Numbered from the stretch's first letter, positions 24,894 to 38,112 are shown. The stretch: DNA of 64,000 nucleotides from Eledone cirrhosa (GCA_964016885.1 OZ024740.1:59334001-59398000); one strand, 5' to 3'. Made by a program: numbers and translations. Notes: a model not told the origin generated them from the letters alone.

Positions 24894-24895
<2 letters not shown>
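24736..24895 (+). mobile_element. Short pLTR-like remnant with 5' inversion carrying a hammerhead 3' half
   Basis: Hairpin TATGAAAAGAGTCAG../..CTGACTCTTTTCATA; tail ATTACCCACTCTACTACCCTAAGTATTGAG shared with 27471-27664. Confidence 0.65.
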
Positions 24896-24943
<48 letters not shown>

Positions 24944-24966
24944 ATGTATATATATATGTGTGTGTG

Positions 24967-25015
<49 letters not shown>

Positions 25016-25038
25016 ATGTATATATATGTGTGTGTGTG

Positions 25039-25079
<41 letters not shown>

Positions 25080-25083
<4 letters not shown>

Positions 25084-25298
25084 TCATCATCCCCGTTTTG
25101 GGTTCGTTCTTCCACGCTAGCATGGGTTAGATGGGTTGACCTGTTGTGGGCAGTGTCTGGTTGGCTGACCATGCCTTGCTCATACAGGAACTGATCTGGC
25201 TTGATTTCTACAGCTGGATGCCCTTCCTAACACGAACCTCATTTACAGTGAGTGCTGGGTGCTTTTTCCGTGGCGCCTACATGTCCACTTTGCAGTGG
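25080..25298 (-). mobile_element. SINE/RTE 3' tail fragment
   Basis: (CAT)n followed by CCACGCTAGCATGGGTTAGA..CTGGATGCCCTTCCTAAC. Confidence 0.75.
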
Positions 25299-25343
25299 TA
25301 TATATATGTATATGTATATATGATATGTGTGTATGTATGTATG

Positions 25344-25403
<60 letters not shown>

Positions 25404-26031
25404 TACATGCATGCATGCACAGTCACATAAACATACATACATACATACATACATACATGTTTGTGTGTGTGTGTATACATTTTGCATCAGTGGTATTTTA
25501 GTGAATGATATAAACATTGGCCAACAAATAAAACAAATTAAACTGGTGCTTTTGAGTGAATATCTCCCTTGCTATTTGTTCCACCTGAGTTGCACAGACA
25601 ATGTTTTCTCTTGTTTATCATGATAAATGCAGTGAACCAGTGAGTGGCCCATTGATGACTTGTAGCTAGCAATGTTATTGTTCACAAAATGCAATAATAA
25701 TATAATTAAAATTAAAACGGATAAAACATAACAATATCAGATATTTCATTGCTTTTCACCTGCTCTCCTTAACCTGTTCCTTCTAAATTCTGCATCAAAC
25801 AGTAACTGATGCCACCTCTTCCCCCATTATGTTAAACATTTTGGGGAATTATCTTCTTTATCACCAAACCAGTATAATTTTTAACCCAATGATGCAGGCT
25901 CGACATTGTCCTTCAATCTGTCAGAATTATCAGAAACTATCAATCAAAATAACACCCCCAACCATCTTAAAAGCAAGAAGAAAATTCATTAGAAAAGAGA
26001 GTTCTAGACACACTGTCTGCTTTTCCTCAAA

Positions 26032-26071
<40 letters not shown>

Positions 26072-26759
26072 AAACAAAGAAGGATGGGCTTGGCTGGAAA
26101 ACTTTTCATCATAAACAAGCTCAATCAAGACTGACCTAAGATTAAACAACATGTCAGTAAAGGAACCTTTACATGGCTGTTTGACTTGCTAGAAATATCA
26201 GCTAAAGTCACTTAGCAGAAATTATATAAAAAAATATGGTGTTTGTTGATTCAAATGTATATAGTGGACAGATCATTGTAAACATTTATAGTATAATAAT
26301 AATAAACATGATACAGTCAGTGCTGTTTTGTACTTTTCAAGAATGCTTTGCTAATATGGTTTCATGTGGTATAAGATGTTAGAAGTTAAACCAAACTCTA
26401 CTATCTTACAAAGTTGATATTGAAAGTTGCATTGAATAACAAAGAATTAAATACATAATGCCTAAATAGAAAAAAACAAAAAAAGGTAGGTCTACCTCCC
26501 AGATTAACACCACCACCTGGTCCTTGGGTGCCTTAGTAGTGTCTGGCCCATTGCAAATATTCAAACCAGGTTTTAATTAGAGGACACCCCCTTCCTTCCT
26601 ATCTTCAAGGTTTCATTGGTTGTATCAGCCTCTGTACTTCTTTTAGTCATGTACTTATTTCATTGCTCTATATATATATACAGAACCACTAAGTTATAGG
26701 TTATACAGAGATAAAACAAAAATAATAGACAAGCACAGGTACACCACCCCACTTATATA

Positions 26760-27097
26760 TATATGACTTTATGTGCAATGAGTGAGGGCAAATTTGCCTC
26801 AGAAAAGCTGGTCTTATAAGTCATGATAGAAGCCATGTATAAAATGTTGCAGATTATGGTCTCTTTGGCATTTCTTCCTGTCAGGAGTGTGGAAAACAAT
26901 GTGCCTCGGTCAAGCCCAACGTCATTTGAAAACTCACCAAAACATAACAGCAAACTAAAGTGGAAGTAATGTTCATTATTGCAGCATATAAGAATGGAAT
27001 TTAAATCCTTGGCAGGACTAAAGAGTCATGTTCGTGCCACCCATGTGTGAGAAGGGGATCAGGTGGTGGTAGTTCTTGAAATCAAGATGCAGCCGTC
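26760..27097 (+). mobile_element. RTE-type LINE 3' end with C2H2 zinc-finger relics
   Basis: FMCNE*GQICLRKAGLISHDRSH and FKSLAGLKSHVRATH; the 3' UTR resembles the end of the 61714-64000 family. Confidence 0.65.
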
Positions 27098-27117
27098 TGG
27101 TATGCTTATAAATATAT

Positions 27118-27460
27118 CATCATCATCATCATTTCATTTTACGTCCGCTTTTCCCTGCTTGCAAGGGTGGGACGGGAACTGATTCTGGCTTGATTTTTAC
27201 AGCTGGATGCCCTTCCTAACACCAACCTCATTTACAGTGAGTGCTGGGTGCTTTTTTACCGTGGCACCTCCACGACCACTTTGCAGTGGAATGATAGGGA
27301 CCCCAGTCCCTATCATCTCATTTCTACAGCTGAGTAAACTGGAGCAATGTGAAATAAAGTGTCTTGCTCAAGGAAACAACACATCACCCGGTCTGAGAAT
27401 TGAACTCACAACCTTTCGATTGCAAGGCCAATGCTCTAACCACTAAGCCATGTGCCTCCA
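27118..27460 (-). mobile_element. Full-length SINE family B
   Basis: Reverse complement of 19788-20130. Confidence 0.88.
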
Positions 27461-27470
27461 TATATATATA

Positions 27471-27664
27471 TAACGAAGGAAATGTGGTAAGGAACCAGTT
27501 GGACCATAATGCACCAAAGTTCTCAATACTTAGGGTAGTAGAGTGGGTAATAGGAACAAGTATGACCCCGACGCAGAGCTCAAGCCGTTTCGACAGCTAA
27601 TTCTGTCCAGAATTAGCCGTTGAAACGGCTTGAGCTCTGCCATCGGGGTCATACTTGTTCCTAT
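27471..27664 (-). mobile_element. pLTR-like remnant with about 56-bp inverted arms, carrying a truncated hammerhead
   Basis: Arms 27550-27605 / 27608-27664; minus strand GACAG(AATTAG)CTGTC-GAAA-CGGC..GCG-TC-GGGG. Confidence 0.7.
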
Positions 27665-28027
27665 ATATATATATATACGATATTAATAAATGGAAACTAT
27701 ATTTATAAAGCCATATTTATTTCATTATACATATTTCAGGGATACCACATTAAATTATGGTATGCCTTCATCAGACAAAATACAATATATAACAGTTTTA
27801 CAAATAGGTTTGACGTACCCTTTAAAATACAACCATTACTTTTGGAGGCTGCTTTATATAAGTTATAAAAATATTTACTTGTTGTATCACAACAATTTTA
27901 AATAGAACTTTTGCATATATATATATATATATATATATATAGTAATAATAATAATAAATGTGAAGACTAAAATCCAAAGAGGGCTCGAGATAAGGATAAA
28001 TATATATATGGTATGCTTATAAATATA

Positions 28028-28370
28028 TCATCATCATCATCATTTCATTTTACGTCCGCTTTTCCCTGCTTGCAAGGGTGGGACAGGAACTGATTCTGGC
28101 TTGATTTTTACAGCTGGATGCCCTTCCTAACACCAACCTCATTTACAGTGAGTGCTGGGTGCTTTTTTGCCGTGGCACCTCCACACCCACTTTGCAGTGG
28201 AATGATAGGGACCCCAGTCCCTATCATCTCATTTCTACAGCTGAGTAAACTGGAGCAATGTGAAATAAAGTGTCTTGTTCAAGGAAACAATGCATCACCG
28301 GTCTGAGAATTGAACTCACAACCTTTCGATTGCAAAGCCAATACTCTAACCACTAAGCCATGTGCCTCCA
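28028..28370 (-). mobile_element. Full-length SINE family B, near-identical to 27118-27460
   Basis: Same sequence and same 20-nt flank. Confidence 0.88.
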
Positions 28371-30117
28371 TGTGCCTATATATATATATATGTTGTTATA
28401 CTTTGGGAGGGTCATGCTGCCAATAAAAACGAAATATATGTATATATATATATCATATAATGTATGTATATTCATACATATATATGATGGGCTTCTGCAG
28501 AGTGTCTATCTACCAAATTTCATTCACAAGGTATTGGTCAACCTGTGGCTATAAGAGAAGAGATTTGTCCAATGTTCCACATACAGTAGGATCAAATTTG
28601 GAATCAGATGGTTGTGAAGTGAACATCTCAACTACACAATCATAACTACGATTATGTATGAAATATATATATAAATTTATATATCTATTCTTGTTTTGAC
28701 ACAAAAGAAAGGATATTGTTCAGAGCCCACATTAGTCTTCTGAGAAAAAAAATTATCTGGATGATATTAGATGTTTAACCATTTCGTTATCATATTTCTA
28801 ATGAAAGACACTTCCTGTGATATTTGAATAATCAAGAATTTGTCAGAATTTAACAATATAAGTTGCTCTTTCATTATTAAGCTGGCATAGCATAGTAAGA
28901 TACCCTTTCTAACAAAGTTATGAACACGTGTTTATGTAAGAACTTATTATCATTTCTATATTCAAGTATGTTTTTTTTAAAATTTACTTAGTAGCATTTT
29001 AAGATTCTCCCCAAAAGTTATGGCCATGTGCCTTTGTAAGTACTTATTCTTAAGCTGGTGTCTGGAATATAACTTAACAACGATGGAAGCTTGTTAGATA
29101 AATATAAACAATTTTAAAGAGTCTTATGTTGTAGAATCACGGGGCTGTTTCAGACAGCTTGGTGTCAAAAGGGTTAATATGGAGATTGAAATACTAGAGA
29201 TCAGAGTAATGGGAGAATGCACATGAGGGTGGTGGAGGTGCTCAACGAATGCTGGTATGTAATGTTTGTTGAGAGACAAACTATACTATTCTTTTTCTTT
29301 TTTTTTACTGCTTGGGCTAGGAGGTGGGCTTTGCCCATAAATCTTTTGGGGGAGTCCAAGACCAGTGGAAAAAAGAGTGAAAGGCATCATCAAATTGTTA
29401 ACCTGTCCTAACAGTGTGGACCCTACAAAAAACCCCAAGGGCCAGATGGTAGTGTAAATCAAAAGAATGCTTAACACCATATTTTTGATGAGTTCCAATC
29501 CTGTATATTATATGTTCAGATATTAACTAGCACTTATTTTTCTGCCAGTATCGTATTAACAAGAGATAAATATGTTATAAATTGAAGTAGATAACATGAA
29601 TAATTACTAGCATTTAGATTTTGTTGGCTGATATTACTTAGAATGTCTCAGGAAAGCATATATTTATTCTCTGCTGTTATATATCCAGTATTCTTATCAG
29701 TTAAAATTCTGTAAATATCATATTCTATGAAATACAGTTCATTAGCAGCACTATAAGTATGTCTTTGTTGTTGTTTTCGTTTAGCCACTAGTTGATCAGC
29801 CCTGGTTGAGTAGACCTATGATGAAAAATATTCCAATCATAACCATTCTCTCATATATTTTTAAGACATCAAAACTACATTACCCAATATAGTTCTAGAT
29901 GTCTTTTTTAAGATGGTATAGTGTGATTAGAGAGAATTTGGATGCTATTATCAGCAAGCCAATTGACCATATAGAAGTTTCCCCCACTACTTCGTTTGTG
30001 TTGCTTTTTTTAAAGCCCAATTAACCATTTCATTCTAATGAAAGACACTGCATATATTTTAAAAATAACCAATAATTTGGAGGCATTTAGTAGAATAACT
30101 AATTTTCTCATTATTAA

Positions 30118-30338
30118 CCCTTTAGCATTTACATTACTCTATATTTACTATTGTATTTTCATGGTAAACACTTTATCTCACATAATTATCTCACATAATA
30201 TTGAATCTACGTGATTTTGATATTATTTATTTTGAAAACAATATCTTAACACAAGTATAAGCAGCTGGTTATGGCTAGTTTAAACAGAAAGAGGAGAGAG
30301 AATTCTGGCTGGATATGGCCAGTTTAAATGCTAAAGGG
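30118..30338. mobile_element. piggyBac-like MITE nested in an older TTAA MITE
   Basis: Same TIR and TTAA TSD as 16156-16376. Confidence 0.85.
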
Positions 30339-30661
30339 TTAAACTGGTGTTTGTAACATAATATATATTATTATGATGGAAGAATTTTAGATAAATATAA
30401 GCAGAGTTTCTAGAGATTTGGTATTCAAAGAGTTAAGCAGACATATGATCAAAGGTATTCCAGTCTTGATATACCATCATTTTCCTATTTGTAGAGAAAC
30501 TAGGACCACAGCATCTAATGTAAACTTTTCTTAGACTGTAATGCGAGATTTGAAAGGTTTAGTTGCTATTTCTAGCCAGCTGAGCAACTACACAGAGGCT
30601 TCCTCATTGTGGCTCATATGTGTAAAATGTAGATGTAAAGTTTAGGAAAAGATATAAAAAT

Positions 30662-31040
30662 AATTGGTTCTTACGTTAGACACTGCCAGCAATTACCCAG
30701 TGCATTACTGCTACTTTATTTTATCGACCCCGTAAGGATGAAAGGCAAAGTCAACCTCGGCGGGATTTGAACCCAGATCGTAAAGGGACGTGACTATGCT
30801 GGAAAGCATGGCGTCCGACCCTCTACCGATACTGCCAATCCACCGCCCTAGATATAAAAAGATATAAAAATAATGGTTTCTGATTTAGGCACAAGGCCAA
30901 CAATTTTAGGGGAGAGGAAAGTCAATTAAATTGACCAAGGTGCATTACCAGTGTTTTGTTTCATTGACCCCATAAAAATGAAAGGCAAAGTTAACCTTGG
31001 CGGGATTTGAACTCAGAATATAAAGGGCCATAACTCTATG
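30662..31040 (-). mobile_element. Two adjacent SINE family A copies (about 30662-30849 and 30870-31040)
   Basis: Family A reverse complement twice; AGATATAAAAA repeats at the junctions. Confidence 0.8.
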
Positions 31041-32391
31041 TTGCTCTTTATGTTCTGAGTTAAAAAAATAACATTTAATGCAACAATTCAATTCAAGTAT
31101 GAATGTTTTCAGTGTAGAACTTTTCTCACCAGATGCCACTTAGTATCAATGTTTAGCCCAAGTTTTGATTGAGCTGCCCAATGATTAATAGTATTTCAAC
31201 TGTGACCATCCACTTTGTTTATAATGTATCCAATAATATAGTACCAAACATACAACTGTTAAATCATTATATATATTATATATACCATTTATATATATTA
31301 TATATACCATTTGTTAAATTAGATTTTTTGATTACATAGTCCAATGTGTCCTCTTTTTAAGACAGTAGGGTGTGATATAATATGCTCTGGATTAGTGTAG
31401 GAGATGGCAACTTATCCATCTATGAGATCTGTCTACCACCACCAGCCACCATGAGCTTGCATCAATCAATGACTGTAAGGAAAACCTAATGGATAACAAA
31501 AATGTGATATTTCTTGAAAGTGACCTTCACTGTACATCAGCTTCCTGTGATGCAGACCCACTATTTAAAAAAAACATTAACAAAGGAAAAGCATATAGAA
31601 ATATTCCAGCAACTAAAGCAAGAGAATAAACAGAAAGCAATATCTGATTTCAATAATAAAACTAATGAGATATTTCAAAGGGAGATTTGACTGACATTTC
31701 TAGGGTGTCAAGTGATCACACACAGGTTCATTTGTTAGTTCATCAGAGAGACATATAGTATTAGCACTGAAAAGACCAATGGAAACATAGTTTGCTTGGT
31801 CTGATCCAATAATCTGATGATATGTTGCACTCAGGTACATGAAACAGGGATGCATCTTTTCAAAGAAAAGGTTATAGATTATGCAACTTTTTCTGAAATT
31901 TGTTCTTTTTGACCCCAGACAGTGAAAAAAATACAAATATTGTATACCCACAAGAACAGTATTGAACATTGGTAAAAGTTAATAATGAGAAAAATAATTT
32001 ATTTAGAGCAATTATGTAAATTATTTTGAAAATAATTGAGTGTAATTTTATATTAGGTTTATATTCATATATTTTTGGTACATTTGTATGAAGCTTCATA
32101 TGAAATATTTTCTGCATGGCTTGGATGCTACAATTCTGAGTGAAAGATGAGTGAAACATTGTAAGCATCTTTTTATTAGACATTTTTTAAAAATGTTATT
32201 GTTTCCCCTTTTTTAAATTTTTTAATTTTTTATTACTTATCTCACTAGTTCTTTTTGATTACCAACTGTATGAAGTACTCGATATTTCCCTAGTCTGCCA
32301 TGGCTTACTAGCTCTATACGGACGTTTAAATTGAGTAAATAAAGAAAGAAAATAAAGAAATGTATTGAAACAATGAATTCATGTGATTATA

Positions 32392-32584
32392 CAGGGTGGT
32401 CACTGAAAAACTTGTTCGTTTTCAATCTTTTTTATTTTTTTTTATTTTTTTTTTTGGCATCCCTTGTTTTTCACACATAATACTGAAAAAAAACCATTAC
32501 TTATATTTCCAAAAGAAAACAAAAAAACGTGTTTGTAAAAGTTATTTTTGTTTTATATCATTCAGTCTTTCAGTGGCCAGCCTA
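32392..32584. mobile_element. Tc1/mariner-like MITE
   Basis: TA-CAGGGTGGTCACTGAAA ... TTTCAGTGGCCAGCCTA-TA, imperfect TIR. Confidence 0.55.
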
Positions 32585-33416
32585 TATATATTTTATATTT
32601 TAGGTATTAACCATTTTGTGGCTATATCTTCAATCAAATACATTCTATTTCAATTAATTAGTGAAGAATTTCAAGTTATTTACATATATTTCTTACATAA
32701 AAATATGCTGGAAGATTTTAATTTCAATAGGGACCCAATAAATTGATGGTTTTGCTTCATAGAATCAGAACCAGCTTTGGCAGAGTTGGTATCAAAAAGT
32801 TAATAAACCTGGGCATGACTTGGTGTAGCTGTTAGTTCTTAGATAACAATGGAACTGGTTAGTTTAATCCACCACCCAAGCTACTGAAAAAGCTTTGTGG
32901 TCCTAATTTTATAATGGGACTAAATATATATTGACAGTTTACACTGTAATGTGGTTGGTGATAGGAAAGGCATTCAGCTGTAGAAACTAAGCCAAAATAC
33001 AGGCCCATATGAGCAAGATGCAGTCTCCTGATATGTCTTGGCATGCAACAACCTGGCTAACCTATGCAAGCATTGATGATGATGATGATATAGTGCAGGT
33101 GCCATGAAAAATACACACAGTACACATTGTAAAGTGTTTGGCATAAGGAAAGGCACCCAGCCATAGAAAACTTTTCAAGAGAGGACTCTTCAGTTATGTC
33201 AAGGGTATAACAACCTCTCTAGTATTGGTGTCATGATAAAATACACTTGGTACATTCTGGAGAGTGCGGGAACATATATAAGTGAGATGTGGTTCTCAGC
33301 TCATCTGAGAGGTCAGTAGCTCTGATTAAGTAGTGACTTGGTATGCACTGACCTGGTCAACCCTAGCAGAGAAGGCAGTTATTAAATGATGTTGACGATC
33401 ATGGTGATGATGCTAT

Positions 33417-33487
<71 letters not shown>

Positions 33488-33490
<3 letters not shown>

Positions 33491-33570
33491 CAGGATGGTT
33501 CAGTTAGAAACTGGTTGCATCATTACTCACCAGAGTACTCGATACTTGGGGTAGTATGAGAGTTATGAAT
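33488..33570 (-). repeat. Diverged 3' tail of the 24736/27471 pLTR-like family, in (TA)n
   Basis: Minus strand TACTACCCCAAGTATCGAGTACTCTGGTG versus TACTACCCTAAGTATTGAGCACTCTGGTG. Confidence 0.6.
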
Positions 33571-34734
33571 ATATATATATATATAATATATACATATATA
33601 TATATTCATAACCCCCACTGTATTGGTACTCTTTAAACAATTCCTTACTTCAGGTCTATAAATACTATCATTGTAATAATGTAAGCTCATTCATGATTCC
33701 ATAATTATTTATAAAGAGAGGATGGCGCATGCACTTGCATCATACTTGTAAACCATTTTACATTTGTAGTAAGGTTGGCACTGTGAAATATGATGAGAAT
33801 AACATTGAGAGCATCAGTTCATTTAGTCTTCTTATCTGTCATTCCTGCTTTTATAAATAAAACAATTCCTCCATATATCTTTATTCTGCTGAAATTCTAT
33901 TAATTTCTTCAGGGCAAACATTGTATTAAAAATAGGTTTCAATCACGCAAATTTCCAAATAGCATTTATTACTGCTTATTTTGTTTTGTTTCCTTTTTTA
34001 GGGAAAAGAAAATGACATTTTTCAGACACAATTTCTTTATTTTATTTCTTTGTTTGTTGGGTTATTTATTTATTTATTGTCTTTCATGACTTTTGACAAA
34101 GCCATCAGGCTTGCACATGTCAAAAAAATTCTTGCAGAACTGGTAAAAAGAGATAAATACATTACAAAGAATACCAAAAGGAATTTCTGATTGGTTGCTT
34201 CTCCATGATATTATTTGTTCAACATATGTTGAGTGCTGTTCATGAATTTGAAACAGGTATATTTTTTTATCAGCTACATGCATTGAACATTCTGAATTAC
34301 ATATAAATTCCAAGTCCCTCAGAGATATTGTTATTCAGAGAGATTGTACAAGGAACATTTTAAATGATTCCATAAATATTGTTTGTAAGTAATCCAATTA
34401 TTCAAATAATACCTTCTTATTGACTTAATTCTTCTACAATGGAATATTAACTCTTCTGACGCCAGTTCACCTCAAACATCTCATAGTTCTATGATATAAA
34501 ACTGTATTTTAAACCTTCCACCATCATTTTTTGTTATTAACTTTTGTTATGATCCAAACAATGAAAATATTAGTTATTTTGCTAAATGAAAATAGATATT
34601 TTACTAAATTCTTCTCAATTCTTAATTATTCTAAAAATTAATTGAACCACATAAGCAGAATATTTCATTAAAAATAATGGTAAGAATGAAATTATTGAAG
34701 AAAATTTTGAGAAAACAAAATGCTTTGCTAATGT

Positions 34735-34950
34735 CTCTCCAGAGACCTGTGACCAGGCTGCATTATTCAAAAGATTTGGGGATGTAAATGTTCATCTCTG
34801 TCTCTTTCCTTGTTTCTTTCTTCTATCTATGCTTCCTCCTTTCTGGTGGGTAACAACCTATCCTTTCCAACAAGAATTTGCTCCAACAAGGAGTTGGATG
34901 AAGCTCTACTACAGTGGAGAGAGCTATATTTGTCAGTTCCTGATACAGAT
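34735..34950 (+). mobile_element. Fragment of the CRE-like element
   Basis: Similar to 6110-6340 (CCTGTGACCAGG..TGGAT.AAGCT.TACTA.AGTGGAGAGAGCT). Confidence 0.65.
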
Positions 34951-35409
34951 TAATAGATTAAAGCATATATTGATAAAGTCATTTCAAATGCATAGATGGT
35001 ACCAAATACAATTTAGGTAAGATGAGAGAAAACTAAAATTTAGAATGTTTGATCAAAGATGGATGATATTAAACATTGAGGGGAAGGATATTTCATTATA
35101 CCCCTATAGAACTTAAGGAAATCTCCAGGTCTATGGTAATTGCTTATAAAGAATATCTTATATAGAACTGCACAGAACTTTGTCTTTAGAAAAAGAAAAC
35201 TAAATAATCATAGTTAATTTGCAGGGACTCCTTCAGTGAAAAACTACTTTTTATATAATTATAAAAATATAACTGTGAAGGCAGGTGGCTTAGTAGTTAG
35301 GGGATTTGGCTCATGGTTGTAAGGCCATGAGTTTGATTCCTGGTAGCATGTTGTGTCCTTGAGCAAGATACTTTATTTCATGCTGCTCCAGTCCATGAAA
35401 TTTTAATAT

Positions 35410-35852
35410 CTTCTTCTTGTAAGGGTCATGGATGCAGAGTCCTCAGATATGCCTTCCAAAGAGTTCAATCAGAAGCAACCATCCAAATAATCTGGCTGGA
35501 TCCCCAATAAGATCAACTGAGCTCATGGACATTATTCAGCCTTCTTGCTTGTGGTTTAACTCTAGGCCTCCTGCTAGTTGGCTTTCCCTGTAAAATCTGT
35601 CCAGCAAATCTTTCCTTAGACAGTCTAATCACATGTCCGTATTACTGGAGCTATGATCTCTTGATTCAGAGAAGTAGTGGCTCTACCTGGAATGACTCCT
35701 TGATCTCAGAACTATGCACACTATCTAGTAACATTACTCCAAAGGCCCTTCAGAGGAACCCTATTTTGGTTGCTTGTATTCGCAATTCATGACCATAGGT
35801 AAGAGTAGGCATGAACATTGAGTTGAATGTAGTGAGTTTGGCTTTTACACTT
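35410..35852 (-). mobile_element. RTE-clade (Expander/Rex3-like) LINE 3' fragment
   Basis: Minus frames VKAKLTTFNSMFMPTLTYGHE and IQATKIGFL; homologous to 51170-51965. Confidence 0.7.
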
Positions 35853-36083
35853 AATAATAAGTGTCATATAGAGTATAGATTGTCTTTCACAACTCCATTA
35901 TATAATGATTTTTACCATTTCGTCCATTTTATAAAGTTTCAATATGTTTCTCAAAATTTTGCTTTTTTTCCTTTTAGCAGACAATAAATGCCCTCTTCTC
36001 TATGTAACAAGTTTTTATTTAATATACAAATCAAACAAAACACATGTATGTGTACAATAATTATCCATATATATATATATATA

Positions 36084-36790
36084 CTAGCAGTGATACCGGC
36101 GTAAAGTGATACAATATGTAAAGAAAATAAACTGAATACTCTGATGGCTGGATAATCTTTAAGATTTTACTCGATGAAGCAGGAAAAATGCAGGTTTTCA
36201 CCTAATGCGGGCCCTAGGGTATCAAGAAAATGAATTTTTTTTATGTGCATAATATGCCTTGAAATCTCGGGAAAATCGGCTAGATGTAACGCCTCAAAAA
36301 AGCCCTAAAAACCTGAAAAAACGCAGTTTTTCACCTAATGCGGGCCCTAGGCGATTAAAAAGTTGCATAACACTCCCTGAAACATAAGTAATACACATGT
36401 AAAATTTGAAAAAAGTCGGTTGGGTATTTCTCGAGTTTTAGGGATTCAAACTCACAGACACACACACACACACACACACACAAACAGACATCTCAGGGAA
36501 GTGACGTAATGCAGACAGCAGACATACAGACAGATATTATAAGGGCGCGACGTTATATGTATGTATCTATCTAAAAAGAGAAAGACTAAGAATTATAGAG
36601 AGAGATCGCTAAATCGCCTAATGCGGTCGCTAGGGCATTGAAAATTTGAAATTATTTTTGCTCAGAACACTCCCTGAAACATAAGTATTACATGAGTAAA
36701 GTTTGAAAACAGTCGGTTGGGTGTTTCTCGAGTTTAGGGATTCAAACTCACACACACACAGACAGACATCCTCAGTTTTATATATATAGA
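36084..36790 (-). mobile_element. Non-autonomous Helitron with internal subrepeats
   Basis: Minus 5' TCTATATATATAAAACTGAGGATGTCTGTCTG and 3' CTAG; internal repeats CCTAATGCGGGCCCTAGG and ACACTCCCTGAAACATAAGTA..GGGATTCAAACTCACA. Confidence 0.75.
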
Positions 36791-36801
36791 TATATATATA
36801 T

Positions 36802-38082
36802 TTGTGCCAGGAAGAGGCACCACTGATGCCCTCTTCCTTGTGAGGCAGTTACAGGAAAAGTACCTAGCTAAAAGTAAGCCGCTCTACCTGGCATTCGTCG
36901 ATCTCGAGAAAGCCTTTGACAGAGTTCCCTGTGCTATAATCTGGTGGGCTCTTAGAAAACTAGGAGTAGATGAATGGCTTGTGAAAGCTGTACAAGCCAT
37001 GTATAGGGGAGCAGTCAACAAAGTTAGGATTAGCAATGATTATAGCGAGGAATTCAGCGTATAGGTCGGTGTCCACCAGGGCTCTGTTTTTAGCCCTCTC
37101 CTGTTCATCATAGTTCTGCAGGCAATAACGGAGGAGTTTAAGACCAGATGCCCATGGGAACTCCTGTATGAAGATGACCTCACTCTTATAGCTGACCGAA
37201 TTAACAGTGGAGGTGGGTGTTCGGAAAGTACAATAACTAGGGTAGGAACGGGATGGAAGAAGTTCAGGGAGCTACTGCCACTGCTAGCTGCAAAAGGCTT
37301 TTCCCTCAAAATGAAAGGCAGACTGTATGATGCGTGTATACGAACAGCAATGTTACATGGTAGTGAGATCTGGGCGCTGTCTGTGGAAGACTTGCGTAGA
37401 TTAGAAAGAAACGAAGCCTGCATGCTCCAATGGATGTGTAATAGTAATATACGTGAACGGCAAAGCATAAATGAATTGATAGAGAGACTGAGCATAAGAG
37501 AAATCAAATGCTGTGTGCAGGAGAGGCAGTTGTGTTGGTATGGACATGTGATGCGTATGAAGGATGACAGCTGCATAAAAAGGTGCAGAGTATTAGAAGT
37601 CGATGGAAACCGCAGAGTGGGGAGACCCAAGAAGATCTGGGACGAGGTGATAAAAGCCGACCTTACCCAATTACACCTCTCAAAGGCGATGACACATGAC
37701 CGTGACCTCTGGTGTCACGCAGTAATACAGAAGACCCGATCCCCCACGGGTACAAGCCGAAGCTGAAACATATAGACAATATGCCCCCCACACCTTCCCA
37801 CTGCAAAGTGGTCATGGAGGTGCTACAGCAAAAAAGCACCCAGCCCACACTGTAAAGTGGACGTGTACGTGCCACAGAAAAAAGCACCCAGCACTCACTG
37901 TAAATGAGGTTGGTGTTAGGAAGGGCATCCAGCTGTAGAAATCAAGCGAGAATCAGTTCCAGTATGAGCAAGGCATGGTCAGCCAACTGGACATTGCCCA
38001 CAACAGGACAACCCGTCTAACCCATGTTAGCGTGAAAGAACAGACGTAAAACGGTGATGATGATGATGATGATGATGATGAT
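36802..38082 (+). mobile_element. RTE LINE fragment with internal deletion of the PHD-containing segment
   Basis: PGRGTTDALF..FVDLEKAFDRV, YEDDLTLIA|DRINSGGG, GRPKKIW; 3' UTR and (GAT)n tail. Confidence 0.9.
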
Positions 38083-38112
38083 ATATATATATATATATAC
38101 ATATACACGTAT

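Noticed and set aside
24841-25623. Many ORFs rich in YI/CV/HT (also 236-421, 17030-17318, 40460-42384, 60058-60962)
   Set aside because: Translations of (TA)n/(CA)n/(TG)n microsatellites that lack stop codons; no coding signal.
33640-34440. Possible decayed coding sequence on the minus strand (ORF 34074-34313)
   Set aside because: Somewhat protein-like, but I recognise no family and see no splice support; BLASTx would decide.
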